Shown: positions 9,831 through 25,720 of the stretch, piece after piece
Position numbering within the stretch: position 1 is the stretch's first letter
How the letters are laid out: every line of letters begins with the position of its first letter
Assembly (NCBI GenBank): GCA_913053875.1
Contig: CAJXGN010000011.1
Span: forward strand, 23,190-87,189
From: an uncultured Agromyces sp.
GTDB lineage: Bacteria; Actinomycetota; Actinomycetes; Actinomycetales; Microbacteriaceae
Reading direction: 5' to 3'
Length of the DNA: 64,000 nucleotides
The notes under the pieces: generated by a model
Databases searched by the model: none
What the model was told of the DNA's origin: nothing
The model's input: only the letters and a program-made list of their open reading frames with translations
Position numbers and translations under genes: made by a program

Positions 9831-10442
9831 GTGTACCTCATCGGGCTGACGGGCGGCATCGCCTCGGGAAAGTCCACCGTCGCGCGGCGTCTCGTCGAGC
9901 ACGGCGCCGTGCACATCGACGCCGACCTGCTCGCCCGCGAGGCGGTCGGACGGGGCACGAGCGGCCTCGCCGAGATCCGGGAGGCGTTCGGCGACGGCGT
10001 GCTGCGCACCGACGGCTCGCTCGACCGGGCGCGCCTGGGCGAGGTGGTGTTCGGCGACGACGCCGCTCGGGAGCGCCTGAACGCCATCGTGCACCCGCGC
10101 GTGCGCGAGCTGTCCGCGCAGCGCATGGCGGACGCGGAGCGGCTCGACCCCGACGCGGTGGTCGTCTACGACGTGCCCCTGCTCGTCGAGGCATCCGTCG
10201 ACCACCCGTTCGACCTCGTCGTCGTGACCGAGGCGCCGGCCGCCACCCGTGTCGACCGCCTGGTCGACGAGCGCGGGCTGGAGCGCGTGCACGCGCAGGC
10301 GCGCGTCGACGCGCAGGCGAGCGACGCCGAGCGGCGCGAGGTCGCCGACGTCGTGATCGACACCGGCGGCACGCTCGCGCACACGATGGGCCAGGTCGAC
10401 GACCTCTGGGCCCGCCTCCGCGAGCTGCGCGCGCAGTCGTAG
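9831..10442 (+). CDS. coaE: Dephospho-CoA kinase
   Basis: IGLTGGIASGKSTV P-loop, LNAIVHPRV, YDVPLLVE. Confidence 0.96.
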   Translation: MYLIGLTGGIASGKSTVARRLVEHGAVHIDADLLAREAVGRGTSGLAEIREAFGDGVLRTDGSLDRARLGEVVFGDDAARERLNAIVHPRVRELSAQRMADAERLDPDAVVVYDVPLLVEASVDHPFDLVVVTEAPAATRVDRLVDERGLERVHAQARVDAQASDAERREVADVVIDTGGTLAHTMGQVDDLWARLRELRAQS

Positions 10443-10458
10443 CCGCGGCCGGCCCCGG

Positions 10459-10480
10459 TGTCGGCGGCCGAACCTAGACT
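10459..10480 (+). promoter_or_regulatory. RecA-NDp/PafBC-type DNA-damage promoter of uvrB
   Basis: TGTCGG-N10-TAGACT, 7 nt before ATG 10488. Confidence 0.75.
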
Positions 10481-10487
10481 TGACCCC

Positions 10488-12554
10488 ATGCAGTCGACCC
10501 GTTCCGTGCGCCCGTTCGAGGTGGTCAGCGAGTACTCGCCGAGTGGTGACCAGCCGACCGCGATCGCGGAGCTGGCCGGCCGCGTGAACGCGGGCGAGAC
10601 CGACGTCGTGCTGCTCGGCGCCACGGGCACGGGCAAGTCGGCGACGACCGCGTGGCTCATCGAGGCGGTGCAGCGGCCGACGCTCGTGCTCGCGCACAAC
10701 AAGACGCTCGCCGCGCAGCTCGCCAACGAGTTCCGCGAGCTGCTGCCGAACAACGCCGTCGAGTACTTCGTCTCGTACTACGACTACTACCAGCCCGAGG
10801 CGTACGTGCCGCAGACGGACACCTTCATCGAGAAGGACTCGTCCATCAACGCCGAGGTGGAGCGGCTGCGGCACTCGACCACGAACTCGCTGCTCAGCCG
10901 GCGCGACGTGGTCGTCGTCTCGACGGTCTCGTGCATCTACGGACTCGGCACGCCGGAGGAGTACCTCGCCGCGATGATGCCGTTGCAGGTGGGCCAGCGG
11001 CTCGATCGCGACTGGCTGATCCGCAAGTTCGTCTCGATGCAGTACCAGCGCAACGACATCGAGTTCTCGCGCGGCACCTTCCGGGTGCGCGGCGACACGA
11101 TCGAGATCATCCCCGTGTACGAGGAGCTCGCGATCCGCATCGAGATGTTCGGCGACGAGATCGAGGCGCTCTACCACCTGCATCCGCTCACCGGCGAGGT
11201 CGTGGCGCAGCTCGATTCGGTGCCGGTCTTCCCCGGGTCGCACTACGTCGCGAGCACCGAGGTGATGGACCGCGCGGTGGGCACGATCCGCACCGAGCTC
11301 GAGGAGCGTCTCGCCGAACTCGAGCGCCAGGGCAAGCTGCTCGAGGCGCAACGGCTCCGCATGCGCACCACGTTCGACCTCGAGATGATGGAGCAGATCG
11401 GCTTCTGCTCGGGCATCGAGAACTACTCGCGACACATCGACGGGCGCGAGGCGGGGGAGCCGCCGCACTGCCTGCTCGACTACTTCCCGGAGGACTTCCT
11501 GGTCGTGATCGACGAGTCGCACGTGACCGTGCCGCAGATCGGCGCCATGTTCGAGGGCGACTCGTCGCGCAAGCGCACGCTCGTCGAGCACGGCTTCCGG
11601 TTGCCCAGCGCGCTCGACAACCGCCCGCTCACCTGGGACGAGTTCTCCGAGCGCGTCGGCCAGACCGTGTACCTGTCCGCGACGCCGGGGCGCTACGAAC
11701 TCGGCATGGCCGACGGGGTGGTGGAGCAGATCATCCGCCCGACCGGCCTCGTCGACCCCGAGATCGTGGTGAAGCCGAGCAAGGGGCAGATCGACGACCT
11801 GCTCGAGGAGATCCGGGCGCGGGCGGAGCGCGACGAGCGCGTGCTCGTGACCACGCTCACCAAGCGCATGGCGGAGGACCTCACCGACTTCCTCACCGAG
11901 GCGGGCGTGCGGGTGCGCTACCTGCACTCCGACGTCGACACGCTCCGCCGCGTGGAACTGCTGACCGAGCTGCGCGCGGGGGTCTACGACGTGCTCGTCG
12001 GCATCAACCTGCTGCGCGAGGGCCTCGACCTGCCCGAGGTGTCGCTCGTGTCGATCCTCGACGCCGACAAGGAGGGGTTCCTGCGCTCCTCGACGTCGCT
12101 CATCCAGACGATCGGTCGTGCGGCCCGCAACGTGTCGGGCCAGGTGCACATGTACGCCGACGTGCTCACCGACTCGATGCGCCTGGCGATCGACGAGACC
12201 AACCGGCGCCGCGAGAAGCAGGTCGAGTACAACCGCGCCAACGGGGTCGACCCGCAGCCGCTGCGCAAGCGCATCGCCGACATCACGGCGGTGCTCGCGC
12301 GGGAGGAGGCGGACACGGCGGCGCTGCTGGCCGGGCGCGAGGGCGGCAAGAAGTCGCCCGTGCCGAACCTGAAGCGCGAGGGGATCGCGGCCGAGGGCGC
12401 GAACGACCTCGAGTCGCTCATCGCCGACCTGAACGGCCAGATGCTCGAGGCAGCGGCAGAGCTCAAGTTCGAGCTCGCGGCGCGCCTGCGCGACGAGGTC
12501 TCCGAGCTGAAGCGCGAGCTGCGCCAGATGGAGAAGGCCGGGCATCTGACCTGA
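10488..12554 (+). CDS. uvrB: Excinuclease ABC subunit B
   Basis: [41 protein letters not shown]; start chosen from the leaderless promoter spacing. Confidence 0.98.
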   Translation: MQSTRSVRPFEVVSEYSPSGDQPTAIAELAGRVNAGETDVVLLGATGTGKSATTAWLIEAVQRPTLVLAHNKTLAAQLANEFRELLPNNAVEYFVSYYDYYQPEAYVPQTDTFIEKDSSINAEVERLRHSTTNSLLSRRDVVVVSTVSCIYGLGTPEEYLAAMMPLQVGQRLDRDWLIRKFVSMQYQRNDIEFSRGTFRVRGDTIEIIPVYEELAIRIEMFGDEIEALYHLHPLTGEVVAQLDSVPVFPGSHYVASTEVMDRAVGTIRTELEERLAELERQGKLLEAQRLRMRTTFDLEMMEQIGFCSGIENYSRHIDGREAGEPPHCLLDYFPEDFLVVIDESHVTVPQIGAMFEGDSSRKRTLVEHGFRLPSALDNRPLTWDEFSERVGQTVYLSATPGRYELGMADGVVEQIIRPTGLVDPEIVVKPSKGQIDDLLEEIRARAERDERVLVTTLTKRMAEDLTDFLTEAGVRVRYLHSDVDTLRRVELLTELRAGVYDVLVGINLLREGLDLPEVSLVSILDADKEGFLRSSTSLIQTIGRAARNVSGQVHMYADVLTDSMRLAIDETNRRREKQVEYNRANGVDPQPLRKRIADITAVLAREEADTAALLAGREGGKKSPVPNLKREGIAAEGANDLESLIADLNGQMLEAAAELKFELAARLRDEVSELKRELRQMEKAGHLT

Positions 12555-12567
12555 GAGCGCGCCCCGG

Positions 12568-12589
12568 TGTCGGTGGGCGTGCCTAGACT
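12568..12589 (+). promoter_or_regulatory. RecA-NDp/PafBC-type DNA-damage promoter of uvrA
   Basis: TGTCGG-N10-TAGACT, 6 nt before GTG 12596. Confidence 0.75.
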
Positions 12590-12595
12590 CGAGTG

Positions 12596-15490
<2,895 letters not shown>

Positions 15491-15495
15491 ACGGC

Positions 15496-17445
15496 ATGCG
15501 CGACACCGTCCCGTACCGGCCGAAGGCGGGGGAGATCCCGACCCGCCCCGGGGTGTACCGGTTCCGCGACGAGAACGGGCGCGTGCTCTACGTCGGGAAG
15601 GCGAAGAACCTCCGTGCGCGGCTGTCGAACTACTTCGCGCCGCTGCGCAGCCTGCACGAGCGCACGCGCCGCATGGTGCTCACGGCGGCCTCGGTGGAGT
15701 GGACCGTGGTCGGCGGCGACGTCGACGCGCTGCAACTCGAGTACACGTGGATCAAGGAGTTCGACCCGCCGTTCAACGTCAAGTACCGCGACGACAAGTC
15801 GTATCCGTACATCGCGGTGACGCTCGCCGACGAGGCGCCGCGGGCGATCGTGACGCGCCGGGCGAACATCCCGGGCGCGAAGTACTTCGGCCCGTACCCG
15901 AAGGTCTGGGCCGCCCAGGAGACCCTCGACCTGCTGCGCACGATCTTCCCGACCCGCGCCTGCAAGGACTCCGACTACAAGCGCGCCATGGCGACCGGCA
16001 AGCCGTGCTTCCTCGGCCAGATCGGGCGCTGCTTCGGCCCGTGCTCGGGCACCGTGGGCATCGCCGAGCACCGCCACCACGTCGACGAGTTCGTCGCGTT
16101 CATGCAGAACCAGGACAGCCGCATCATCGACGAGCTCGAGCGGCAGATGCGCGAGGCCTCCGCCGCGCAGGACTACGAGCAGGCCGCCCGCCGGCGCGAC
16201 CAGCTCGCGGCGGCCCGGTCGTTCTTCGAGAAGACCGCGGTGGTGCTGCGCGACTCGGTCGACGTCGACCTGTTCGGCATCGAGCACGACGAGCTGTCGG
16301 CCGCGGTGCAGCTGTTCCGGGTGCGCAAGGGCCGCATCCGTGCGGTGCGCGCCTGGACCGTCGACAAGGAGCTCGACCTCGACCTGGGCGACTTGGTCGA
16401 TTCCGTGCTGCAGAACGTGTACGGCGGTGTCGAGACGCCGCCGGCCGAGGTCGTGGTGCCGGAGCTGCCCGACGACGCCGAGGCGCTCCAGGCGTGGCTC
16501 GAGACGATCGCCGGCCGCCGGGTGCGCCTCAAGGTCGCGCAGCGCGGCGACAAGGCGGCGCTGCTGGAGACCGCGCGCCAGAACGCCGCGCACGCGCTGA
16601 TGCTGGCGAAGACCCGCCGCAGCGCCGACTTCACGGCGCGGTCGCAGGCGCTGGAGGACATCCAGGAGGCACTCGACATGGCGGATGCCCCGCTGCGCAT
16701 GGAGTGCTACGACGTCTCGCACCTCTCCGGCACGAACATCGTCGCGTCGATGGTCGTGTTCGAGGACGGCCTGCCCCGCAAGGACGAGTACCGGCGCTTC
16801 ACGATCCCCGAGTACGCCGACGACACCGAGGCGCTGCACCAGGTGCTGACCCGGCGCCTCGCGTACCTGCGCGACGGCGACGACGCCGGCGCAGGCGCGG
16901 TCGATGGGGCGACGGATGCCTCCGGCGAGCCCGCGGCCGACGGCTCGCCGCCCGTGGAAGACGACCCGGCGACGACGGGGCGGCGCAGGAAGTTCGCCTA
17001 CCGCCCCAACCTGCTGATCGTCGACGGCGGCGAGCCGCAGGTCGCAGCGGCCGCGCGTGCGCTCGAGGAGAGCGGCGTCCGTGGCATCCGCGTCTGCGGC
17101 ATCGCCAAGCGCCTCGAGGAGATCTGGACGCCGGAATCTCCGTTCCCGGTCGTGCTGCCGCGCAACAGCGAGGCGCTGTTCATGTTCCAGCGCATCCGCG
17201 ACGAGGCCCACCGCTTCGCGATCACGCACCAGCGCCAGCGGCGCAAGCGCGACATCGGCTCCGTGCTCGCAGAGGTGCCGGGCCTCGGCCCCGCACGCGT
17301 GAAGGAACTGCTGCGCCACTTCGGGTCGGTGACCCGGCTGCGGCAGGCGACGCCCGACGAGATCGCCGAGGTGAAGGGCGTGGGGCCGGCCACCGCCGAG
17401 GCCGTGCACCGCCACCTGCACCCCGAGGCGGTCGCCGGTCGGTAG
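15496..17445 (+). CDS. uvrC: Excinuclease ABC subunit C
   Basis: GIY-YIG (GVYRFRD...[10 protein letters not shown]), [21 protein letters not shown]-terminal HhH. Confidence 0.97.
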   Translation: MRDTVPYRPKAGEIPTRPGVYRFRDENGRVLYVGKAKNLRARLSNYFAPLRSLHERTRRMVLTAASVEWTVVGGDVDALQLEYTWIKEFDPPFNVKYRDDKSYPYIAVTLADEAPRAIVTRRANIPGAKYFGPYPKVWAAQETLDLLRTIFPTRACKDSDYKRAMATGKPCFLGQIGRCFGPCSGTVGIAEHRHHVDEFVAFMQNQDSRIIDELERQMREASAAQDYEQAARRRDQLAAARSFFEKTAVVLRDSVDVDLFGIEHDELSAAVQLFRVRKGRIRAVRAWTVDKELDLDLGDLVDSVLQNVYGGVETPPAEVVVPELPDDAEALQAWLETIAGRRVRLKVAQRGDKAALLETARQNAAHALMLAKTRRSADFTARSQALEDIQEALDMADAPLRMECYDVSHLSGTNIVASMVVFEDGLPRKDEYRRFTIPEYADDTEALHQVLTRRLAYLRDGDDAGAGAVDGATDASGEPAADGSPPVEDDPATTGRRRKFAYRPNLLIVDGGEPQVAAAARALEESGVRGIRVCGIAKRLEEIWTPESPFPVVLPRNSEALFMFQRIRDEAHRFAITHQRQRRKRDIGSVLAEVPGLGPARVKELLRHFGSVTRLRQATPDEIAEVKGVGPATAEAVHRHLHPEAVAGR

Positions 17446-17482
17446 GCTGGGACGCGGTGGACGAGAGGGGGACCGGGACCGC

Positions 17483-18358
17483 ATGAGCGACGAACGGGTA
17501 CGCCAGGAGATGCTCATCGTCACCGGCATGTCCGGGGCCGGCCGTTCCACCGTCGCGAATGCGCTGGAGGATCTGGGCTGGTACGTCGTCGACAACCTCC
17601 CGCCGCAGATGCTGCGACCGCTCGTGGAGCTGGTCGAGCGCGCCGGGGCGACCCTGCCCCGCATCGCCGCGGTCGTCGACATCCGCGGCGGCGACTTCTT
17701 CTCGGAGCTGCAGGACATCGTGCAGGCGCTCCGCACGGGGCTCAACCTGCGGGTCATCTTCCTCGACGCGACGGATGCCGCGCTGGTGCGCCGGTTCGAG
17801 TCGGTGCGTCGTCCGCACCCGCTGCAGGGCGACGGCACGATCCTCGACGGCATCACCGCCGAGCGCACGCGCGTGGCCGAGCTCAAGGCGTCGAGCGACG
17901 TCATCATCGACACGAGCGAGCTCAACGTGCACCAGCTCGCGTCCACGATCCGCGACTCGTTCGCGGCCGCCGACGCCGCCGAGCTGAGCGTGACCGTCAT
18001 GAGCTTCGGGTTCAAGTACGGGCTGCCGCCCGACGCCGACCTGGTCGCCGACGCACGGTTCCTGCCGAACCCGTTCTGGAAGCCCGACCTGCGCGCGCTG
18101 ACGGGCGAGGCGGACGCCGTGGCACGCTACGTGCTGGAGCAGGAGGGTGCCGGCGAGTTCCTCGACGGGTACGCTCGTGTCCTCGGCACCGTGTTCGACG
18201 GGTACCAGCGCGAGAACAAGCGCCACGCGACCGTGGCGATCGGATGCACCGGCGGGAAGCACCGCTCGGTGGCGATCGCCGAGGCGCTGGCGACGCGGCT
18301 GCGGGCGGTGCCCGGGCTCGCGGTGAGCATCAGGCACCGCGACCTCGGCCGCGAATAG
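17483..18358 (+). CDS. rapZ: RapZ (YvcJ) P-loop protein
   Basis: [33 protein letters not shown]. Confidence 0.95.
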   Translation: MSDERVRQEMLIVTGMSGAGRSTVANALEDLGWYVVDNLPPQMLRPLVELVERAGATLPRIAAVVDIRGGDFFSELQDIVQALRTGLNLRVIFLDATDAALVRRFESVRRPHPLQGDGTILDGITAERTRVAELKASSDVIIDTSELNVHQLASTIRDSFAAADAAELSVTVMSFGFKYGLPPDADLVADARFLPNPFWKPDLRALTGEADAVARYVLEQEGAGEFLDGYARVLGTVFDGYQRENKRHATVAIGCTGGKHRSVAIAEALATRLRAVPGLAVSIRHRDLGRE

Positions 18359-18392
18359 GAAACACCACGCCCGAAGCGAGGCGATCGACAGG

Positions 18393-19385
18393 ATGGACAC
18401 ACGATTGGCGCTGACAGCCGACGTCAAGGACGAGCTGGCCCGGTTCGAGGTGAGTCGCACGAGCGTTCGCGCGGCCGAGCTGGCCTCGCTGCTGCGATTC
18501 GCGGGCGGACTGCACGTGATCTCGAACCGCATCGCGGTCGAGGCCGAGGTCGACTCGGTGGCGATCGCGCGGCGCGCCGCGCGCGACCTCGCGGAGCTCT
18601 ACGGCGTGCGGGCGGACGTCTCGGTGACGTCGTCGGGCGCGTCGCGCCGGGGCGACCAGTACCTCGTGCGGGTGCTCGACGGCGGTGAGACCCTCGCGCG
18701 CCAGACCGGCCTGCTCGATGCGCGCCGCCGGCCCGTGCGCGGGCTGCCCAACCGCCTCACGACCGGTTCGCGCGAGGAGGTCGCCGGCGTCTGGCGCGGA
18801 GCGTTCCTCGCGCGCGGCAGCCTCACCGACCCGGGCCGTTCTGCGGCCCTCGAGATCACCTGCCCGGGCAACGAGTCGGCGATGGCCCTCGTCGGGGCCG
18901 CAGGACGCCTGTCCATCCCGGCCAAGGCGCGCGAGGTCCGCGGCGTGCACCGGGTCGTCATCCGCGACGGCGAGGCGATCGGCGCGATGCTCGCCGAGAT
19001 GGGCGCAGCCGGCACGGTGCGCAACTGGGAGGAGCTGCGCCAGCGCCGAGAGGTGCGCGCGACCGCCAACCGTCTGGTCAACTTCGACGACGCCAACCTG
19101 CGCCGGTCCGCCCAGGCGGCCGTCGCGGCGTGCGCGCGCGTGGAGCGCGCGCTCGAGCTGCTCGGCGACGACGTGCCCGAGCACCTCGGCTACGCCGGCC
19201 GGCTGCGGTTGGCGCACCGCGATGCCAGCCTCGACGAGCTCGGCCACCACGCCGACCCGCCGATGACCAAGGACGCGGTCGCGGGTCGCATCCGTCGACT
19301 GCTCGCCATGGCCGACAAGAAGGCGGCCGACCTGGGCGTTCCGGACACCGAGGCGAGCCTGCCGCCCGACCTCGACGACGTGTGA
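18393..19385 (+). CDS. whiA: DNA-binding protein WhiA
   Basis: [48 protein letters not shown]. Confidence 0.96.
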   Translation: MDTRLALTADVKDELARFEVSRTSVRAAELASLLRFAGGLHVISNRIAVEAEVDSVAIARRAARDLAELYGVRADVSVTSSGASRRGDQYLVRVLDGGETLARQTGLLDARRRPVRGLPNRLTTGSREEVAGVWRGAFLARGSLTDPGRSAALEITCPGNESAMALVGAAGRLSIPAKAREVRGVHRVVIRDGEAIGAMLAEMGAAGTVRNWEELRQRREVRATANRLVNFDDANLRRSAQAAVAACARVERALELLGDDVPEHLGYAGRLRLAHRDASLDELGHHADPPMTKDAVAGRIRRLLAMADKKAADLGVPDTEASLPPDLDDV

Positions 19386-19489
19386 GATGTCGTCACGGGC
19401 CCCGGCGCGCCCGGGAACGTGAATAGACTCGAACGGGTCGCTCGAAGCCGGTCCGCGTACGGCGTGCCGGCATCTGACAAGGAGAAGCA

Positions 19490-21219
<1,730 letters not shown>

Positions 21220-21228
21220 CGGTTCCGC

Positions 21229-22443
21229 ATGTCGCTGCGCACCATCGACTCGCTCGGTCCGCTCGGCGGTGCACGCGTCGTCGTCCGGTGTGACCTGAAC
21301 GTTCCGCTCGCGGACGGCAGGATCACCGACGACGGGCGCGTGCGCGCCTCGGTCCCCACGATCACCGCGCTGCTCGAGCAGGGCGCCCGCGTGATCGTGA
21401 TCTCGCACCTGGGCCGCCCCGGCGGCGCGCCCGACCCGAAGTACTCGCTCGCCCCGGCCGCCGCGCGGCTGGGCGAGCTGCTCGGCCGCCCGGTGGCGTT
21501 CGCCACCGACACGGTCGGCGAGTCGGCGTCGTCGGCGGTCGACGCGCTCGGCGACGGCGAGGTGCTCGTGCTCGAGAACCTCCGGTTCAACCCGGAGGAG
21601 ACCAGCAAGGACGCCGACGAGCGCGCCGCGTTCGCCGGGAAGCTCGCGGCGTTCGCCGATGCGGTGGTCTCCGACGGCTTCGGCGTCGTGCACCGCAAGC
21701 AGGCGAGCGTGTACGAGCTCGTCGAGGCGCGGCCGAGTGCTGCGGGCCTGCTGATCGCGGCCGAGCTCGACGTGCTCGACCGGCTCACCGAGACTCCCGA
21801 GCGGCCGTACGCGGTCGTGCTCGGCGGGTCGAAGGTGTCCGACAAGCTCGGCGTCATCGAGCACCTCCTCCCGCGGGTCGACAGCCTGCTCATCGGCGGC
21901 GGCATGCTCTTCACGTTCCTCGCCGCGCAGGGGCACCGGGTCGGCTCGAGCCTGCTCGAGAGCGACCAGATCGAGACCGTGCAGGGCTACCTCGCGGAGG
22001 CCGAACGGCTCGGCGTGAAGATCGTGCTGCCGACCGACGTGGTCGTCGCAGCGTCGTTCAGCGCCGACGCCGAGCACGTCGTGCGGCCGGCCGATGCCAT
22101 CGAGGACACGCCGTTCGGCGCGTCCGGCCTGGGCCTCGACATCGGCCCGGAGACCGCGGCCGCATTCGCCGAGGTCATCCGCTCGTCGAAGACGGTGTTC
22201 TGGAACGGACCGATGGGCGTGTTCGAACTCGCGCCGTTCGCGGCCGGCACCAAGACCGTCGCACAGGCGCTGACCGAGGTCGACGGGCTCAGCGTGGTCG
22301 GCGGCGGCGACTCCGCCGCTGCCGTGCGCGCGCTCGGATTCGACGACGACGCCTTCGGGCACATCTCGACGGGCGGAGGCGCGAGCCTCGAGTTCCTCGA
22401 GGGCAAGAAGCTCCCCGGACTGGAGGTCCTCGGATGGCAGTGA
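21229..22443 (+). CDS. pgk: Phosphoglycerate kinase
   Basis: VRCDLNVPL, LENLRF, GGSKVSDK, WNGPMGVFE, HISTGGGASLEFLEG. Confidence 0.98.
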   Translation: MSLRTIDSLGPLGGARVVVRCDLNVPLADGRITDDGRVRASVPTITALLEQGARVIVISHLGRPGGAPDPKYSLAPAAARLGELLGRPVAFATDTVGESASSAVDALGDGEVLVLENLRFNPEETSKDADERAAFAGKLAAFADAVVSDGFGVVHRKQASVYELVEARPSAAGLLIAAELDVLDRLTETPERPYAVVLGGSKVSDKLGVIEHLLPRVDSLLIGGGMLFTFLAAQGHRVGSSLLESDQIETVQGYLAEAERLGVKIVLPTDVVVAASFSADAEHVVRPADAIEDTPFGASGLGLDIGPETAAAFAEVIRSSKTVFWNGPMGVFELAPFAAGTKTVAQALTEVDGLSVVGGGDSAAAVRALGFDDDAFGHISTGGGASLEFLEGKKLPGLEVLGWQ

Positions 22444-23222
22444 GCCGCGTCCCGCTCATCGCGGGCAACTGGAAGATGAACCTCGACCACCTGCAGGCGA
22501 TCGCGTTCGTGCAGAAGCTCGCCTGGAGCCTCGCCGACGCGAAGCACGACTTCGCCTCGGTCGAGGTGGCGGTCTTCCCGCCGTTCACCGACCTGCGGTC
22601 GGTGCAGACGCTGGTCGCGGCCGACAAGCTGCCGCTGGCGTACGGCGCGCAGGACGTCTCCGCGCACGACTCGGGCGCCTACACGGGTGAGATCCCCGGC
22701 GGGTTCCTGAAGCAGCTCGACTGCGGGTACGTCATCATCGGCCACTCGGAGCGGCGCACGCTGCACGCCGAGTCCGACGAGGTCGTGGCGGCGAAGGTGC
22801 AGGCGGCGCTCCGGCACGACCTCGTGCCGATCATCTGCGTCGGCGAGACCGCGGAAGACCTGGAGCAGCACGGACCCAGCGCGGTGCCGGTCGCACAGCT
22901 GAAGGCCGCCCTCGCGGGCGTCTCGGAGGCGGCGGACATCGTGGTGGCCTACGAGCCGGTCTGGGCGATCGGCTCCGGCCAGGCGGCGACGCCCGAGCAG
23001 GCCGAGCAGGTCGCGGCCGCGCTGCGCTCGACGCTCTCCGAGGTGCTCGGCGAGGACGTCGCCGGGAAGACCCGCATCCTCTACGGCGGGTCCGTGAAGG
23101 CGGCGAACATCGCGGGCTTCATGCGCGAGCCGAACGTGGACGGCGCGCTGGTCGGCGGCGCGAGCCTCGACATCGACGAGTTCTCCAGCATCGCGCGGTT
23201 CCAGAAGCACGTCGGCGTCTGA
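22434..23222 (+). CDS. tpiA: Triosephosphate isomerase
   Basis: AGNWKMN, IIGHSERR, AYEPVWAIG, LYGGSV, DGALVGGASL. Confidence 0.98.
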   Translation: MAVSRVPLIAGNWKMNLDHLQAIAFVQKLAWSLADAKHDFASVEVAVFPPFTDLRSVQTLVAADKLPLAYGAQDVSAHDSGAYTGEIPGGFLKQLDCGYVIIGHSERRTLHAESDEVVAAKVQAALRHDLVPIICVGETAEDLEQHGPSAVPVAQLKAALAGVSEAADIVVAYEPVWAIGSGQAATPEQAEQVAAALRSTLSEVLGEDVAGKTRILYGGSVKAANIAGFMREPNVDGALVGGASLDIDEFSSIARFQKHVGV

Positions 23223-23307
23223 GCGCGGGCTGCGGGCGCGACGCCCGCAGCTTGCTATGATCGACTGATGTCTGCGCGGCACCGCCGCGCCATGGAAAGG
23301 GTTCTTC

Positions 23308-23559
23308 GTGGATATTCTCCAGGTCGTGCTGCAGGTCCTCCTGGGCCTCACCAGCCTCCTGCTGACGCTGCTCATCCTGCTGCACAAGGGTCGCGGTGGC
23401 GGCCTCTCCGACATGTTCGGCGGCGGCATGACCTCGAGCCTCGGCGCCTCCGGCGTCGCGGAGCGGAACCTCAATCGCATCACCGTGGTGCTCGGGCTCG
23501 TCTGGGTCTCGTGCATCGTGGTCCTGGGACTCATCACCAAGTTCGACACCGGCATCTGA
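23308..23559 (+). CDS. secG: Preprotein translocase subunit SecG
   Basis: LLHKGRGGGLSDMFGGG, AERNLNRIT, two TM helices; TATGAT -10 at 23256-23261. Confidence 0.95.
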   Translation: MDILQVVLQVLLGLTSLLLTLLILLHKGRGGGLSDMFGGGMTSSLGASGVAERNLNRITVVLGLVWVSCIVVLGLITKFDTGI

Positions 23560-23571
23560 CGAAAGGCCCTC

Positions 23572-23937
23572 GTGGTTTCGGGAAACAGCGCAATCCGCGG
23601 CTCGCGCGTCGGCGCGGGCCCCATGGGCGAGCAGGACCACGGGTACCACGCCGAGCGCGTGGCCGTGAGCTACTGGGACGCGCTCGGCAACGAGACGGTC
23701 CGGTACTTCGCGGCCTCGCTGCCCGACGAGGAGATCCCCGAGGTCATCGACAGCCCGTCGACCGGCCTGCCTGCGGGCCGCGACAAGGAGAACCCGCCGA
23801 GCGAGCAGAAGGCGGAACCGTACAAGACGCACCTCGCGTACGTGAAGGAGCGCCGGAGCGACGACGAGGCCGAGCAGCTGCTCGACGACGCGCTCCAGCA
23901 GCTGCGCGCGCGCCGCGGCCAGACCTCCGGGTCCTGA
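23572..23937 (+). CDS. rbpA: RNA polymerase-binding protein RbpA
   Basis: AIRGSRVG N-terminus, KTHLAYVKERRSDDEAEQLLDDALQQLR sigma-interaction helix; follows secG. Confidence 0.88.
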   Translation: MVSGNSAIRGSRVGAGPMGEQDHGYHAERVAVSYWDALGNETVRYFAASLPDEEIPEVIDSPSTGLPAGRDKENPPSEQKAEPYKTHLAYVKERRSDDEAEQLLDDALQQLRARRGQTSGS

Positions 23938-23954
23938 CGACCCACGAACGACGA

Positions 23955-23987
23955 GACGGCCCGACCGGATGATCCGGTCGGGCCGTC
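23955..23987. terminator. Bidirectional hairpin between rbpA and pgl
   Basis: GACGGCCCGACCGGAT-G-ATCCGGTCGGGCCGTC. Confidence 0.75.
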
Positions 23988-24011
23988 GGCGTCTGCGGCG
24001 GTCGCCGCGAC

Positions 24012-24782
24012 TCAGTAGTCGGGCGCGATGAGCTGCGGCGGTACCTCGGCCGCCGCTTCCCCGTCGACGAAGAACACCGTGCGACGGCGCCCCTTGATGC
24101 CCGCGACGGGCACCTCGTCGCGGCTCGCGCCCGCGAGCGCGAGCCCCAGGGCCGACGCCTTGTCGCTGCCGGCCAGCACCATCCAGATGCGATCGGAGGC
24201 GTTCAGCACCGGGCGCGTGAGGCTGAGGCGTTCGGGCGGCGGCTTCGGCGAACGGCGAACGGGGATGACCGTGCGGTCGGTCACGCCGATGCCGGACCGG
24301 TGCGGGAACAGCGACGCGATGTGCCCGTCGGGGCCGACCCCGAGGAACGCGATGTCGAACACGGGGTGCTCGTCGTCTCCCGCGGCGAACTCGCGCAGCG
24401 TGGCCGCGTAGGCGTCGGCGGCGGCGTCGAGGTCGAGCCCGGAGTCCGACGCGGGCATCGCGTGCACCTTCGCGGCGTCCACGGGCACGTGGTCGAGCAG
24501 CGCCTCCCACGCCTGGGCGTCGTTGCGCTCGCGGTCGCCACCCGGCACCCACCGGTCGTCGCCCCACCAGAAGTGCAGGCGATCCCACGCGATGGTGTCG
24601 GATGCGGGGGAGTGGCGGATCGCGTCGAGCACGGCGATCCCCATGGACCCGCCCGTCAGCGCGATGTGCAGCTCGGGCTTCTCGTCGAGCAGGTCCAGCA
24701 CCTTGGTGATGAACCGTGCGGCGACGGCGCTCGCGAGCGCCGGCTTGCCGGAGTGCACGAGGACGCGGCGGTCGTTGGTCAT
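24012..24782 (-). CDS. pgl: 6-phosphogluconolactonase
   Basis: ALTGGSMG, FWWGDDRWV, LGVGPDGHIASLFP, KPPPERLSLT. Confidence 0.95.
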   Translation of the reverse strand: MTNDRRVLVHSGKPALASAVAARFITKVLDLLDEKPELHIALTGGSMGIAVLDAIRHSPASDTIAWDRLHFWWGDDRWVPGGDRERNDAQAWEALLDHVPVDAAKVHAMPASDSGLDLDAAADAYAATLREFAAGDDEHPVFDIAFLGVGPDGHIASLFPHRSGIGVTDRTVIPVRRSPKPPPERLSLTRPVLNASDRIWMVLAGSDKASALGLALAGASRDEVPVAGIKGRRRTVFFVDGEAAAEVPPQLIAPDY

Positions 24783-25720
24783 GCAGCGGATCCTTCCGGG
24801 TGGCAGAGCGGCAGCCCGTCGACGAGTACGTCGCCGTAGAGCTCGTCGGGGTCGAGGCGCCGCAGCTCGTCGGCGAGGCAGTCGCGCAGGTTGCGCCGCG
24901 GGAGAGCCACGTCGTGGTCGGGCTGGCCCGGCTGCCGCAGCTTCGCAACCGACGGCACGTCGCGGATCAGCTCGATCGGACCGGTCGAACGGTGCAGGAC
25001 CACGCCGCGGATGCCGTGCGAGCCCTCCTCGACCGGCGTCAGCTCCAGGTCGACCTCCGCACCGAGCTGCATGCCGAGCCAGGCGGCCAGGAGCGTGGTC
25101 GACGGCGAGTCGACCGCGCCGACGACCTCGACCCGCGTGACCGGCTCGTACGGCGGCTGGTCGAGCACCGCGGCGAGCTGCGCCCGCCAGAGCGTCAGCC
25201 GGGTCCAGGCGAAGTCGGTGTCGCCCGGGGTGTAGCGCCCCTCGAGGGCGTGCACCGCGGCCTGCGGGTCCGGCTGCGTCGAGGCATCCGTGATCCGGCG
25301 CTGGGCGATGCGGCCGAGCGGTGAGCGTCCGGGCACGTCGGGCGCCGCACGGGGCCACCACACCGCCACCGGGGCATCCGGCAGCAGCAGGCCCATGACG
25401 AGGCCCTGCGGGTCGCTGGCCGTACCGCCCTTGGCGTGCAGCACGACCACCTCGCTCGCGCCGGCGTCGCCGCCCACGCGAATCTGCGCGTCGAGCCGCG
25501 CCTCCGCATCGGGCGCGTCGACCGAGATCACGATGACCCGCATCGGGTGCTCGCGCGAGGCGTCGTTGGCCGCCTCGATCGCGTCCTCCTCGAAGCCGGC
25601 CTCGGTCTCGATGATGAGGGTCAGCACGCGGCCCAGGGCGACGGCGCCACCCTCCTCGCGGATCTTCACGAGGGCCTTGGAGACCTTCGCGGTGGTGGTG
25701 TCGGGCAGGTCGACGATCAT
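24779..25720 (-). CDS. opcA: Glucose-6-phosphate dehydrogenase assembly protein OpcA
   Basis: ASREHPMRVI, LLLPDAPVAVWWP, GDTDFAWTRLTLWR; lies downstream of zwf. Confidence 0.93.
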   Translation of the reverse strand: MIVDLPDTTTAKVSKALVKIREEGGAVALGRVLTLIIETEAGFEEDAIEAANDASREHPMRVIVISVDAPDAEARLDAQIRVGGDAGASEVVVLHAKGGTASDPQGLVMGLLLPDAPVAVWWPRAAPDVPGRSPLGRIAQRRITDASTQPDPQAAVHALEGRYTPGDTDFAWTRLTLWRAQLAAVLDQPPYEPVTRVEVVGAVDSPSTTLLAAWLGMQLGAEVDLELTPVEEGSHGIRGVVLHRSTGPIELIRDVPSVAKLRQPGQPDHDVALPRRNLRDCLADELRRLDPDELYGDVLVDGLPLCHPEGSAA

